Assembly: GCA_050084985.1 (NCBI GenBank)
Contig: JBITNC010000001.1
Coordinates: 160,828,001-160,892,000 of the forward strand
DNA length: 64,000 nt
Direction: 5' to 3'
Source: Nageia nagi
Taxonomy: Eukaryota; Plantae; Pinophyta
Shown here: positions 14,166-26,470 of the stretch, one piece after another
Layout: each line of letters begins with the position of its first letter
Position numbering within the stretch: position 1 is the first letter of the stretch
The notes under the pieces: generated by a model
Told to the model about the DNA's origin: nothing
The model's input: only the letters and a program-made list of their open reading frames with translations
Database searches by the model: none
Made by a program: the position numbers and the translations under genes

Positions 14166-15041
14166 CAAGATGAAACAAGCAAGACTTTGCCAATTATTGA
14201 CACCATCCCACTTGGTTGGCAACAAAAATTATATACTTCTTGAGATGGAAGTTTGAATCTATTTGCATATGTATACTTTGCTTCATTTGACCAGTGGAGT
14301 AAATGTGCTAATGGGTCCAATGCTTGTACATCTTTAGTTGTGGTTATTGCTGAATGGTTATGGAAAAACCCAACTTCCTTACCCAAAAAATTAAAGTTTG
14401 AAAGATTGATAGAAGTTGGATCTGCATTATGAATAAAGTTATGTGATGAGTGGTCATTAAAAGATAAGTTTCCTAATGGGTATTTTGATCTAGAAATAGT
14501 CTTATCAATGAATATGCAACCTTTAACTATAAATCATTCTCACTCAGAACTTGGATTCTTTAAGGTGGAGAGATTAGAAGACAAAATCAATTTTCTTAAG
14601 GCATGCAAGATATATCATCAAATATGGGATGAAATCAAATAGAATTTAGATTCAAGTATTTACATTATAAGTTGGAGTGATCATTTTTTTGTTCTAAATG
14701 TTGATAGAGAAGCTTATTATATAATATATACCCTTGGAGAATGATTGTATGTTGGATGTAAGCATGCATATATCTTGAAGTTTGATAAGGAAACAAAAAT
14801 ATATTGACTACTTAATACAAAAAAAAAAAAGATGAAGAACAAACATATTTTGTGTAAAGGAATTGATTGTTGTGGATTTTACATGAAAGACATTTTAGCT
14901 ATTACAACCCCTTTAATCCAAGTAGAGACATATTTTAAGAATGGTAAGGTGGATGACATCTCACTAAAGCGACTGCAAATTGATTTCTTATCAATTGAGT
15001 TATCAATATTAATTTTAATTATTTTTAAACATACCTACTAA
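14166..15041 (+). pseudogene. C-terminal domain of plant C2 NT-type / At3g11760 (F26K24.5)-like family, putative cysteine-protease fold
   Basis: A single frame with scattered stops reads GWQQKLYTS*DGSLNLFAYVYFASFDQWSKCANGSNACTSLVVVIAEW...FPNGYFDLEIVL...IWDEIK...IYIISWSDHFFVLNVDREAYYIIYTLGE*LYVGCKHAYILKFD...CKGIDCC...RLQIDF. This matches the recalled family motifs ASIDQRS..GESACTALV, SWNDHFF, YYIIDTLGERL and RLQIEF. Confidence 0.85.
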
Positions 15042-15155
15042 GTATCCAAGTCTTTCTTTTTATAGGTTCTAAATTGATGTGAAATATTAAATAGTTGAAC
15101 TTGTTGAAATTGACATATTTATGAAATTGATGTGAAGTATCATTTTATTTTGTAG

Positions 15156-15443
15156 CCCACATAGAATCCTTCTCCTATGCAGCCACATGATCCAATATTT
15201 GAAGTGGAAGAAGTGGTGGACCTATTGGACAAACATGCAAAAAAAGTTGGGCTTGGCAAAGTGCACCAAATCGATCCAAATGGTCCTTACCATACTATAA
15301 ATATTGGTGAAGGTAACATTTTAGTATCAATATTGGAGTTAATTAAAAACTCTTATAAGCTACCCATCCCTAATGATGGGGCTGATAACCTTGGAGAGGC
15401 ATTAAATGGCTTTGTCCTTTGGCCAACCAAGTATTTGACTAAG
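15156..15443 (+). pseudogene. exon encoding Tnp1/En-Spm-like (Transposase_23-type) domain
   Basis: Bounded by TTTTGTAG and AAG|GTAAG. Reads VVDLLD..KVGLGKV..DP..NILVSI..LPIPNDGADNLGEALNGFVLWP, the LPxP..LGEA..VLWP signature of TnpA-related accessory proteins. Further small exons follow at ~15521-15676 and ~15761-15821. Confidence 0.7.
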
Positions 15444-15869
15444 GTAAGCATGTTTTGAATTTTTCTTTTAGATGTAAAGTTGAGGCAAATTTCTTATAAT
15501 TTTCTTTTGATTGTTGTTAGTGCCAGAAATCTAAAAACATCAAACCACTAAACTTTTCACAACATACCGAGATAAATCCTAATGAGATAAAAAAATCCAA
15601 CAAAGGCTCAATGGTGGATATACAATAATGTATCTATAAGCAAGAATAAAAAACCAAGAATTAAGACACTAAGAAAGTAAGTATATATTTAACAATTGAA
15701 TGCTCTATACATATTTATGGATATATTTGTAATTAATTATACTTTTACAAATTATTGGTAGATTTAGAGATTGCTAGTGCTTTTAGCAAGGCAACATATG
15801 TTGATAATGAAAGAGATTTATAAATATATTTTTAAATCATTATTTTTTTTTAATCAACAACTAAGAAAC

Positions 15870-16070
15870 TAAATTGTAAATTTGATACATAGTTGTAATT
15901 TTGATAGACAATGTATAAGGTTGATACAACTATAAATTTTGATCATGATGTACAAACTTTGATAAACAATGTACAAGGTTGATACAATTTTAATTTTGAT
16001 ACAAAATACAAGGTTGATACAATTGTAATTTTGATTGAAAATGTACAAGGTTAATACAAGTTGATATAGT
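15870..16070 (+). repeat. degenerate ~37-bp tandem repeat
   Basis: Repeated TTTTGATA(C)A..ATGTACAAGGTTGATACAATTGTAA units. Confidence 0.7.
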
Positions 16071-16479
16071 GACTTAAAGTTTTAAGTGTCTATTGAGTTT
16101 TTTCCATGTGTGAGATTCTTAGTATACTACTAAAATTTATCTCTTTGAAGTTGTATTTTTCATGATGGTTTGAAAAAAGTGAATTCTATATTTTTCATGA
16201 TGGTTAAAAAAAAATGAATTATGTATTCTTCATAATTGAAATTTGAAAAAAGACATAAATATCAATGGAAATGAGTACACAAAAAATCCTCTGTTATGTT
16301 AAGAATCTTTATTTTGTTAGAGCCTAAATATGCTCCATCCTCTATTGTATTTTTTTCATTATTGAAATTTGACAAAACTTTAAATATGAAAGGAAATGAG
16401 TATAAAAAAAATACCAACAGTTCTTCTTTCAAATAGAAAAAATGAATTTTTCTATAGGAATGGATTAAAGTACTCAATG

Positions 16480-17022
16480 TGAGACTATTTTTGTGGGATA
16501 GTCAACTATTTTTTGGGATAGTCTATTATTTCCATGGGATAGTCTAGTATTTCCGTGGGATAGTCTAGTATTTCTATGGGATAGTTGAGTATTTTATTGA
16601 TTATTTTCCATGCAATAGTCAACTATTTCTATGGGATAGTCTATTATTTCATTGCAATAGTAGACTATTTCTATGGGATAGTCATTTTTTAGAACTTATT
16701 GATATGTATATTCAACTATTTCTATGGGACAGTTGATTATTTATGTGGTCATTTATTTCTATGGGACCTAATATGTATTCGACTATTTCTATTGGATATT
16801 TGACTATTTTTATGGGATAGTCTATTATTTCAATGCGATAGTAAACTATTTTTGTGGGACTTATTGATATGTATATTCAACTATTTCTGAGGGATAGTTG
16901 ACTATTTATGTGGAATAGTCATTAAATTATTTGTTATCTAATATGTATTCGAATATTTCTATTAGATAGCTATGGGATAGTGGACTATTTCAGCCAGATA
17001 GTCAACTATTTATATGGGATAG
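16480..17022. repeat. ~20-bp minisatellite with palindromic core, left part
   Basis: Many copies of GGGATAGT(CA/TG/CT)ACTATTTC, consistent with an ancestral ATAGTCGACTAT palindrome decayed at CpG. Confidence 0.9.
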
Positions 17023-18071
17023 TGTAAACATCCCCAAAAAATATTTTTATCCAAACTATTAGAGGACCTAATCATTTGGATGACTGTGTAACCGTCTAGA
17101 CAACTACATAATCATTCAAATGATCTTGATTGTTTATTTTTATAAAAAGGTAGTTAAAACATCATTTTACAAATCTTAGTAATTTTTCATGAAATTTCTT
17201 GAGTTTACAGAGCACTTACAAAATAGAAATGAGCATGAATAAGCAACATTGATCACTCATCACCATCAATTAAGATTTCCACCATGGACTAGCATCTGCA
17301 AGGTTATCTCACACCACCAAAGGTGGATTAGAGGTATATTTCCTATGAATTATGAACATACATGCATGTATCTTGTTTATGTGAGGGTTTTGTAGGTTTT
17401 GGAGAGTTGAAAGAACACTTGTATCCTCCATTATAGCATAGATTTGCTTATTTACATATGTTTGTGTGACATTTAAGCATTCCTTAGGCTAATATAATTT
17501 TAGATTCAAATCATTGTAAATATCCATTATAATTGCATCTTTTTGTATATGTGAGCATACATTCTTGATCATTGTAGCACTATCATTATGTAAATCATAT
17601 TAGATATTAATTATGGCATAGATCTTGTGCTCATATCATTATCTTGATTATTTATTGGGTGTTGGCATACTTTAGGCTTAAATCATCCATAATTTATCAT
17701 TTATTATCACTTTTCACCATTCTTGTCACATCATTTAACATTTGTTAATATATCCATTTGAATGTGGAAAAGGGAGTCTACTTTCTCTTTGAGCTAGGGC
17801 TTGCCCTACTTTATTGGACATAAGATCTTAAGTACTTGTAGTTAGAGGCTTCCCTTTAACATATTTTATTTTTTAGGATTCCCTAGACATATCAAGAACA
17901 TCAAGAACAAGCCATTTCTCATATTTTCCATGATCATTTGAGCACAAAGATCAACTCTAGCAAACAAATATCAACTCTAGCAAAGATTTACTTAATAACG
18001 TCTTTAAACCTTGAGGTTTTGTTGTAAATGGTGCCCTAATCTCTTTTTTCAAGGATATTTTGATGTTTACA
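17023..18071 (+). repeat. 5' LTR of Gypsy element
   Basis: TGTAAACA...TGTTTACA inverted termini; homologous to 33449-34558. Confidence 0.95.
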
Positions 18072-18074
18072 AAA

Positions 18075-18092
18075 TGGTGATCATGGTGGGAC
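18075..18092 (+). promoter_or_regulatory. primer-binding site (non-Met, Tat-type, CpG-decayed)
   Basis: TGGTGATCATGGTGGGAC lies 3 nt after the LTR end and resembles a TGGCGACCA..-type PBS. Confidence 0.75.
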
Positions 18093-19619
18093 AATGCTAG
18101 TCCTAAAACCCCAAGACATAAGAGGATTCTTGAGCCTTTTACTTTATTTTTGGTGCTTTAAAGTTTTGGATATTTCTTGCAATTCAGAGAGACTTTGTCA
18201 TTAATTTCAACTATAATTTGTAAGGTACCTTACTGGGCATGGATAAAAATGAATCTAAAAACCTTGAAGTTCCACTATAGATAGAAAATAAATCATCCTT
18301 CAGCTTACCGATCTTGATTGTAAATCATCCTTTATAGGGATGATTTTCATGGTCCCCATATAGTTGGTTGATTTTGACTATAGAACTAGTTCTACTACTA
18401 TTTTAGCATTTTCTTGCATTTAGATCTTATATATAGTAGGGATAGTAGTCCACTGTTAGGTTTTTCCATACAATTTTGGGTGTCCTTATCATAGGATGCA
18501 TCTATTGCCATTGTCATAGGGTTTTTATTCATTTATTTTAGCTTTTTAATTTTAACTCTAAGTGCACCTATAGTTGTCTAAATGACTTCTGATCACCCAT
18601 ACGAATGGCACTGTTACCACAATCATCCCTGTAATGGAAGATCCTATGTTAGATTATTGTAAATTTTATTCAACCAACCAACTTGGAGTAGGAGGGAATG
18701 TTCTTGGGCCTAGTGAGTTTTTGAATTTCTTTATATACTTGGTTAATACTATTTGGTTTCTCTTTGCATATAGGATTTCCACTTCTCCTTAGTGAAATTT
18801 GCATTGAATTTTGGGGGAGTGGTGCATACACTTGGAAATCTTGTTTGGTGCTTCAAATTTACATCTTGAGCAAGGGTTTATTTTCTATTTTGGGTTTTCT
18901 TTATTGATTGTTTGATCAATAAAAAGAATTGCTATTTTTGAATTATCATTTATTTGAAAAGTAAAATACAAATCTTATTGCTTTAGCATCCTTGGGGTGG
19001 GAGTGTTTTGAATTTTATTTTGAAAAGCAAGCATTTGGGAGGTGTAATTGCATAGTATTGTCATATAGTATTGCATCTCATATTTTCTTTCTTGTACTAA
19101 AAGTACATCACAAGCTTAGGAAGTGACTAGGGTACATGGATTTCATCACCATAGCCTAACCCATACTTGGATTTCATTACCAAGGTGGAGGGGTATTTGA
19201 GACACCCTTGTAAAATGATCTACCCCCTAGAGATTGAACCTTACCCAAAAATACCTAACTAGATACATCTTTAGGAAAACTAAAAAGAGTCAGAATTTAC
19301 AATTGCACCTAAAATTTATTCACTAAGAAAATAATACTTCAAATTGAAAAAGGAGCAACTAAACAAGATAAAAACCATTGCTATTTATCATTACTACTTC
19401 TTATCACTTTTTTTATCTTTTAAGTAATCATTTAGGGTGTTTGGTGTTAAGTGCATTTACATTAAACAAGATTGTTAACAAAATTCTAGGCTCTTTACTT
19501 AGTGATCTACTATTGTAAGCATCATTTGATTTCATTGTATGCTTTTAAGTTTATTTAGGGTTCTTGTTTGATCTATCCTATTCCACATTTTTCATTCCAT
19601 TTGATCTACCCTTTTCATC

Positions 19620-22420
19620 ATGTCACATCCTCCTTTTGGGGATGAAAATCCTTGGCATGTTCATATGGCTAAGACTAGAGCTCACCATAGGGCTAGAGAC
19701 TTAAAAGAAGAGGAATGAGATAACCAAGAAAATCAATCACATCCTCTTCCCTATTCATAGATTTCTTATATTAGGTCACACACACCCCATCATTCATCTA
19801 CAAATGAACCCGCTTCAACATCACCACATCTTTCATTTTATCATACTTTAGCAAGGTTTTGTTTCTTTGAGGATACCCCTAGAAAGGAGGGACAAGATCA
19901 TGTGATGACTCGTAGGGCCAGCCTATATAGGATAGAAGATCATCTTTCCATAGAGATACCTTCTACCCATCATTAGGGATACACCCTTAGGATAATTCTT
20001 ACCATGTCTTGTAGCATGATTTAGATTATTATGTATCTAGACCATGAACTAGTATTGTCTACCTTCTAATCCATCCTTCTAAGCTACATCTATCTCCATA
20101 TGAGATGTTTTTGAGTGATCCTATGATTTAGGGCTTGTATAAAGAGTTTAAACAAGTTTAGGTCCATCTTTAGGTGCACCTAGTAGGGATCCTTCACCCC
20201 AACCACCTCCCATCATGGATGCCCTATAGCCTAAGGTTTGTCCCTATGATGGAGAGACATTAGATGGTCACATATAAGATGCCTCTTTATCCCCTATCAC
20301 TAGGTCACATCCTCTTCATCCCACCATATGATACATCATTGATGATCCCCCTGATACTTCATATTATGATGAGCCTTTATTATGTTCCATATCACCCCCA
20401 TATGTTAGAGCATCACATGGTTAACCCCTTTGCACCCTAGAACCTTCACATTTATATCCCATTAGGGTCCTTCACATCTTACTCTAGGTGGAATGCCTAG
20501 GTCCTCACCTTCATGCCTTACAAATCTTGACCCTCATGTTTTAGCATACCATAAGACTCCACCTCCTCCTAATGATTAGGTTGGGTATTACTATGATGAT
20601 ACTCATATTACAAACCAACCTAAACATCAACTTGTGTCTCATCTAGCGTATGATCCTGAGCTAGTTCACCATGTAGGTTCTCATCCTATCCATCATATCA
20701 TACCTCATATTCATGTCTATCATCTGTAGCTATTTAGTTAGTCTAGAGTACATTAATGATAGGGGCCTTCCTCACACTCAATCGATCTACCACCAAAACT
20801 ACATTATTCATCTTCTTCTTATGTGGTGGTGCCATATTGATAAACATACACACATTAGGCTATAGATCCTAATCATGTTTATGCCCATACTATATCCCTT
20901 GTACCCCATTCTGATCCTAGGTATGATGAGTCGTATTATCTTTCCGAAGCCTCTTCACATGGGCCCACTCGATTTCTTGGTCAACATGAGTTGTAGCATT
21001 CATCGACTAGAGGGGTTTGGGTCAAAATCCTCTAAACCTTGGACCCAAGGTAACATTCGATACACAACCTAGTTATGATTAGTCATATAAATAGGATCTA
21101 GATCCATATTATGATAATGAATATGACTAGTACAACCTATATGATGATCAACCCATTAGCATCATATCGCAATAGTAGGCTATAGTTAATACCCAACCTC
21201 TCATAGTAAAATTTGAGATCTTAAAGAGGTTGAAGGACATGGGGCTTAAATTTAGTGAACATGGAAAAGCCAAGTTGCCATACACTTTGATTTGTAATGA
21301 GCCTATTCACCCAAGTGTACCAACAAAGACCTTTACTTATAAGTTTGAGATACCTAAAATTGACAAGTTCAAAGGAAAGGAATATCATAAGGAGCACCTT
21401 TTTTAGTTTATGTATTCATGCTACATTATTAGTAATAATGATGTGCTTATGCTTAGGACCTTCCCTATGACATTAGTAGGCTAGGCTCTACATTGGTATA
21501 ACAACCTCTCACAACATAATATTTATTCCTTTGAATAATTTATCGATAAATTATTAGACCATTTTTCCATCAATATATAGAAAAGAGCTTCAATTACAAA
21601 CTTTAGAAAATGCTCATAGTTCAATGATGAGTCTATATCAAATTATGTATTTAGGTGGAGGGCCATTATCATAGATATTCCTTATCCTTTATTGCAAGAA
21701 GAGCTAGTCAAATTATTCTATAGGAGCTATAATAAGCATATATCCTCTATAATCATAATCCAACAACATCATACCTTTTAGGAGGCATTAGCTCAAGCTA
21801 AGTTAATAGAAGAGGCTAAGATCCAATATGGGGAAATCAAACTAAGAAAGAAATAAAACAACACTTAGAAGTACTAAATTAATGGAAATAAACTTAGTAC
21901 TTCATATCAAAAGCTATAAAATAATTTATGTATCTCATGAGGTATCACGAACATAACCAATCATTCAGTTAGCTCCATAAAGGCCACCTAGGGTCAATGC
22001 ACCATCACAACCATAGAATCAAGAAAGACCTAAACCAAATAATGAACAAAATAATCAATAATATCCATATAGGCCTAGGCAACCTTGATAGCAAGGGCCA
22101 CATAAACCTTGGATACCTTTGGCCAAACTTGTTGAGGTGTTCTCAAAAAGATTCTAAATACATAGTTAGTCACTCTCCCTAAGGTCAAACCAAAAGATCC
22201 AAATGTGGAGAAACCAATATTGTATAATGATAATGAGTATTACATTTATCATAGAAAAAAATACATGATACAAATAAATGCAATCAATTGAGGAATACCA
22301 TTTAGATACTAATAAATAATGAGAAAGTAATGATAGGAAATCCAATTGCTCAACCCAATCAAAACTTGGGTGTGTTTCAAGACCCCTTACCTAGACACAA
22401 TAATAATGTAAATAAGATCT
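19620..22420 (+). pseudogene. gag: Gypsy gag (Pro/His-rich N-terminus, retrotrans_gag core, Cys/His motif)
   Basis: Probable start MSHPPFGDENPWHVHMAKTRAHH; core KFEIPKIDKFKGKE..KEHL..LMLRTFPMTLVG*ALHWYNNL at ~21340-21510; QPNQNLGVFQDPLP at ~22350-22392. Many stops. Confidence 0.75.
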
Positions 22421-22989
22421 CATTAGATCTTACATAATAAGTTATACATGATTATAATCCAAGATAGAATAATGAATTCATGGGATTCATGAATGTAGAT
22501 TCATATTTTCCCTTTGTAAAAGGTATTGATATAACTCCATACTTTGAGTTTACAAGTGTCATCGACCCACCTCTGGCATATCAGGTTGTAGAGATACATG
22601 ATAGTAATATGATTGGCATGACCACCAATATAGGTCAAGGTAATGATAGAGAACCTCCTCCTCCCTATCAAGATGTAAGAATCCAACAAACATTAAATCA
22701 ACCTCAAGTATATATTTAAACATAACCTCTTAGATCCTTGTGACCATTTAGACTTAGTTAGAACAATAGCTCTAGACCACATAGACAAAATTTTCTTTAT
22801 GGGACTTATTGTAGCAATCAACTGAACATAGGAACACTTTGAATAATACCTTGATAGATATTAATTTATATGGTAAAAAACCTAATTCTTTTGGAGACTT
22901 CATAGGGGTTATTCAAAGTGCCACTAGGCCTAGCATCACCTTCTTCCATGATAAAATTTAGCATTCTCATCCTAATAAGCCAAAGCATT

Positions 22990-25900
22990 CTACTTTGTAC
23001 ATTGTTGACCATGTGGATTCTTATCTGTCAAAAAGAGTGCTAATAGACAATGGGTCAACTATTAATGTCATATCATATATGGCTCTTGAGAGATTAAAGG
23101 TACCTATCAAGTTCTTGAATGCTCCCACACTTACCATTATGGCCTTTAACAATAGTTAGGAAATAATAATGGGCACAATCATCCTTCTAATGAAGGTTAG
23201 AGTTAGAGATATTGTAGCAACATGTCATGTGGTCAAGGATGAAATGCAGTATAATTTACTCTTAGGTCAACCATGGGTAGAATATATGGAGGCAGTTATA
23301 TAAACTTTGCACAAGTGTCTAAAGTATCTACATAAAAAAATGATCCATTATATTATAGGTGAACCAAACCCTTTCAGTCACTACAACTCTGAATTTTCCC
23401 CTAAGGCCCCTTATATGCCATTTAGACATCTTTTTCTCATCATCGTTCTCATGAATGATCATACTAATTTGGTGTTGTCCTATTCACAAGAACCTTGATC
23501 TTCTTGTTTATCTTTTAATCCCTCTACTTCATCCTCATAACCATCTTTCGCATCTCCCTTAAGTGTGGATCCCTATATATATCATGAGGGTAATTCACTT
23601 CAGGATTCTATGTAACCTTCTTCTAGTCATCATATCTAGTCCACACCCATATTTGGAAGTGACCAACCATCATATGATCATGTCCATCTACTTGATCAAT
23701 TCCATGTGTATTCCTCTTATATGGTTTTTGATTCTTTGTAAGAAGATGAGCCCTCTTCCTCTCACATTGGTCCTAATCCCCTTGACAAACATCCTGTTAA
23801 CTTGGTCATTTCACCATGTTCTGAGTTCATCAAGTATGAATATCTTGGAAAGGGGGTAATATCATATTAATGATGTGATTTTTCATATTCCCTCCATAAA
23901 AGACTTGGGAAGACCTACAAAATTTCCACTAGCTCCTAAATCTCTCATCCCACTATGCTCACACCCAAACCTTTCTTTCTTTATTTATGTAGGTGTTGAT
24001 TCACCCTAGGACATTCCTCTTGTTCATTATCTCAAGGAGAAATTTTGTACCAAAATATAATATCTTTCATATCCTGAATTGGTGTGTAAAATCTTTGCTA
24101 AATGGAAATAGCAAGGGTATAGCCTAAGCAAATACAAATAGGGACTAGTTCATGCTTTTTTTTTAGTTTGTTTCAATCCAATTGAGATAATCATAGTCTA
24201 GGGTTTCATGGCCCTAAAGTTAAACCTCTAGAAGAATAATTTTTTTTATCTTAATCTTCTAGCAGGGGAGATGGCACATGATGACGAGTATGATATCCAA
24301 TTGTGTTTTGGTCCATCTACTCCTCATGCTTCAAAGTGTTCCATCCTAGATAATTTCTTCCATGAACCTTTAGTTGGTCCTCTCCTTGATGTTTTGATGG
24401 TCTTTGTTAATGGTTTATCTTCTTTTTTTCCCTCTTTTGGATTGCACCCCATACAATTATGTTAGTTCTTTATCCATATATCTCTCTTTATATTTGTTAG
24501 GTTTATGTTTTGGTTTGCATGATGTTTTCTTTTTCTTCTAATTGCTTTGATGAAGTTGACTCATATAATTTGGCTTCCTTAATCAATATTTTGGATGAGG
24601 ATGATTATGCACATCTTCCCATTTTTAAGAAGTATGCCAAGATCTTTGCTTATATTTATACGAAAATGCCAGGTATGGAACCCAATGTTGTAGTCCATAA
24701 TATTATTACTCATCTAGACATGAAGCCTCTCAAACAAAAGCCTAGAAGAGTCAATCTCATAAAGTTTATTTATATTAAAGAGGAGATTCAAAAAAATTTA
24801 AATGCTAAGTTCATCCATTATATTGATTATCCTTAATGGGTGTCTAATATGGTCCCTTTCAGTAAGCCCACGGATCACCTTAGAGTTTGCACACATTTCA
24901 GAATCTTAATGCAACTTGCTCAAAAGATGACTTTCCATTGCCCAACATAAACACTCTAGTTGATAATATGGTAGGTTACAAGATGTTATCCCTCATGGAT
25001 GGCTTCTTGAGCTATAATTAGATTTTGCTCACCCTAGATGATCAACATAAGAATGCTTTCATGATACCTTTGGGGACTTACTATTACAACGTTATGCCTT
25101 TTAGACTCAAAAATGCTAGTGCCACCTTTAGAGTGCCATGACTTATGTCTTTCATGACATGATGCATGACATCATGGAGGAATATGTGGATGATTTATTA
25201 TCCAAATATAGAATAAAGGATCAACACTGGAAAGTCTTAGAGAACGTCTTCCAAAGGTTACCTAAGCATAATATCAAATTTAATCCTAGGAAGTATGTGT
25301 TTGATGTCACATCAGGTAAGTTACTAGGATTCATTATTTCCAAGAGAGGCATAAAGGTCGACCCTAAGAAGGTCACAACTATCTCTAGTATGCCTTTTCC
25401 ACTTGACATAAAAACCTTAAGGAGTCTTTAGGGAAAAATTTAGGCTATTGAATGGTTTATATCTCAACTATCTGACAAGTATCATACATTTAATGAGCTC
25501 CTTAAGAAAGGTGTAAAATTTGGTTGAAATCAGGGTTGTCAAAAGGCCTTTGATAACATTAAACATTACTTACTCAAGCCTCTAGTTCTCATTCCACCTA
25601 GATATGGTGTCCCCTTTCACTTATATCTTTTGACCACTAACTTGACCCTAGGAGTCATGCTAGCACATAAAAATGATCAAGAAAAGGAGCAAGCTATATA
25701 TTATTTTAGTTGTACACTTTCTACAACTGATCCCAAAATTTCCAACTTTATTGATACCCATATCATATTTTGTTGTGGCATCCCACATAAAATTATATCA
25801 GATAATGGGACACCATTCAAGAATCAGCATGTTAGAGCACTGTGCAATGGTTACCATATTTAGCATTCCTTCTCTACATCATACAACCCTTAGGGTAACA

Positions 25901-26470
25901 AATATTTTGAAGCATCTAATAAAACCATTATCATAATTCTAAATAACATGGTCAATGATAACCATAAAAATTGGTATGAATGCCTTCCCTATGCTTTTTG
26001 GGCTTATCGCACCAACATTAGGACACCCATAGGAGCTACCTTATTATCATTAGTCTATGGTGTCGAACTAGTCATACCCCTTGGGATAGAAATCTTGTCC
26101 CTTAGAGTTCAATTACAAGACCTCATTCTAGATGAGGAGGCTAGGAAGGCTCGATTAGACCAGCTAACCCTCCTATATGAATGATGGATTAATGCCATAC
26201 AACATCATAAGGTTTATTAGGAGTGATTGAAGTGAATATATAATAAAAATGTTTATCCCAAAGAGTTTAAAATTGGTTACTTAGAACTTAAGGAAAATTA
26301 GCAATAGTCACATCTTGAGAGGTCTTTACAAGATAAGTTTGCATCAAATTGGTTAGGGCCTTATATCATCAAGCAAAAATTTGGTATAGGTGCTTATCAT
26401 TTAGTAGATCTATAGGGTCAAGAGGAGATGGAGCCTATTGACATCCTTCATCTTCATCCATTCTACATTT
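22990..26470 (+). pseudogene. pol: Gypsy pol: protease, G-patch, RT, truncated RNase H, truncated integrase
   Basis: KRVLIDNGSTINV (protease ~23030); G-patch-like QGYSLSKYK*GL..LGF (~24100-24210); RT KDDFPLPNI, LSLMDGF, VMPFRLKNA, EEYVDDLL; IN GIPHKIISDNG, LPYAFWAYRT, NWLGPY. Confidence 0.92.

Noticed and set aside
16480-17022. CRISPR-like array of palindromic repeats
   Set aside because: Eukaryotic context, head-to-tail units without unique spacers, and no cas genes; it is a minisatellite.
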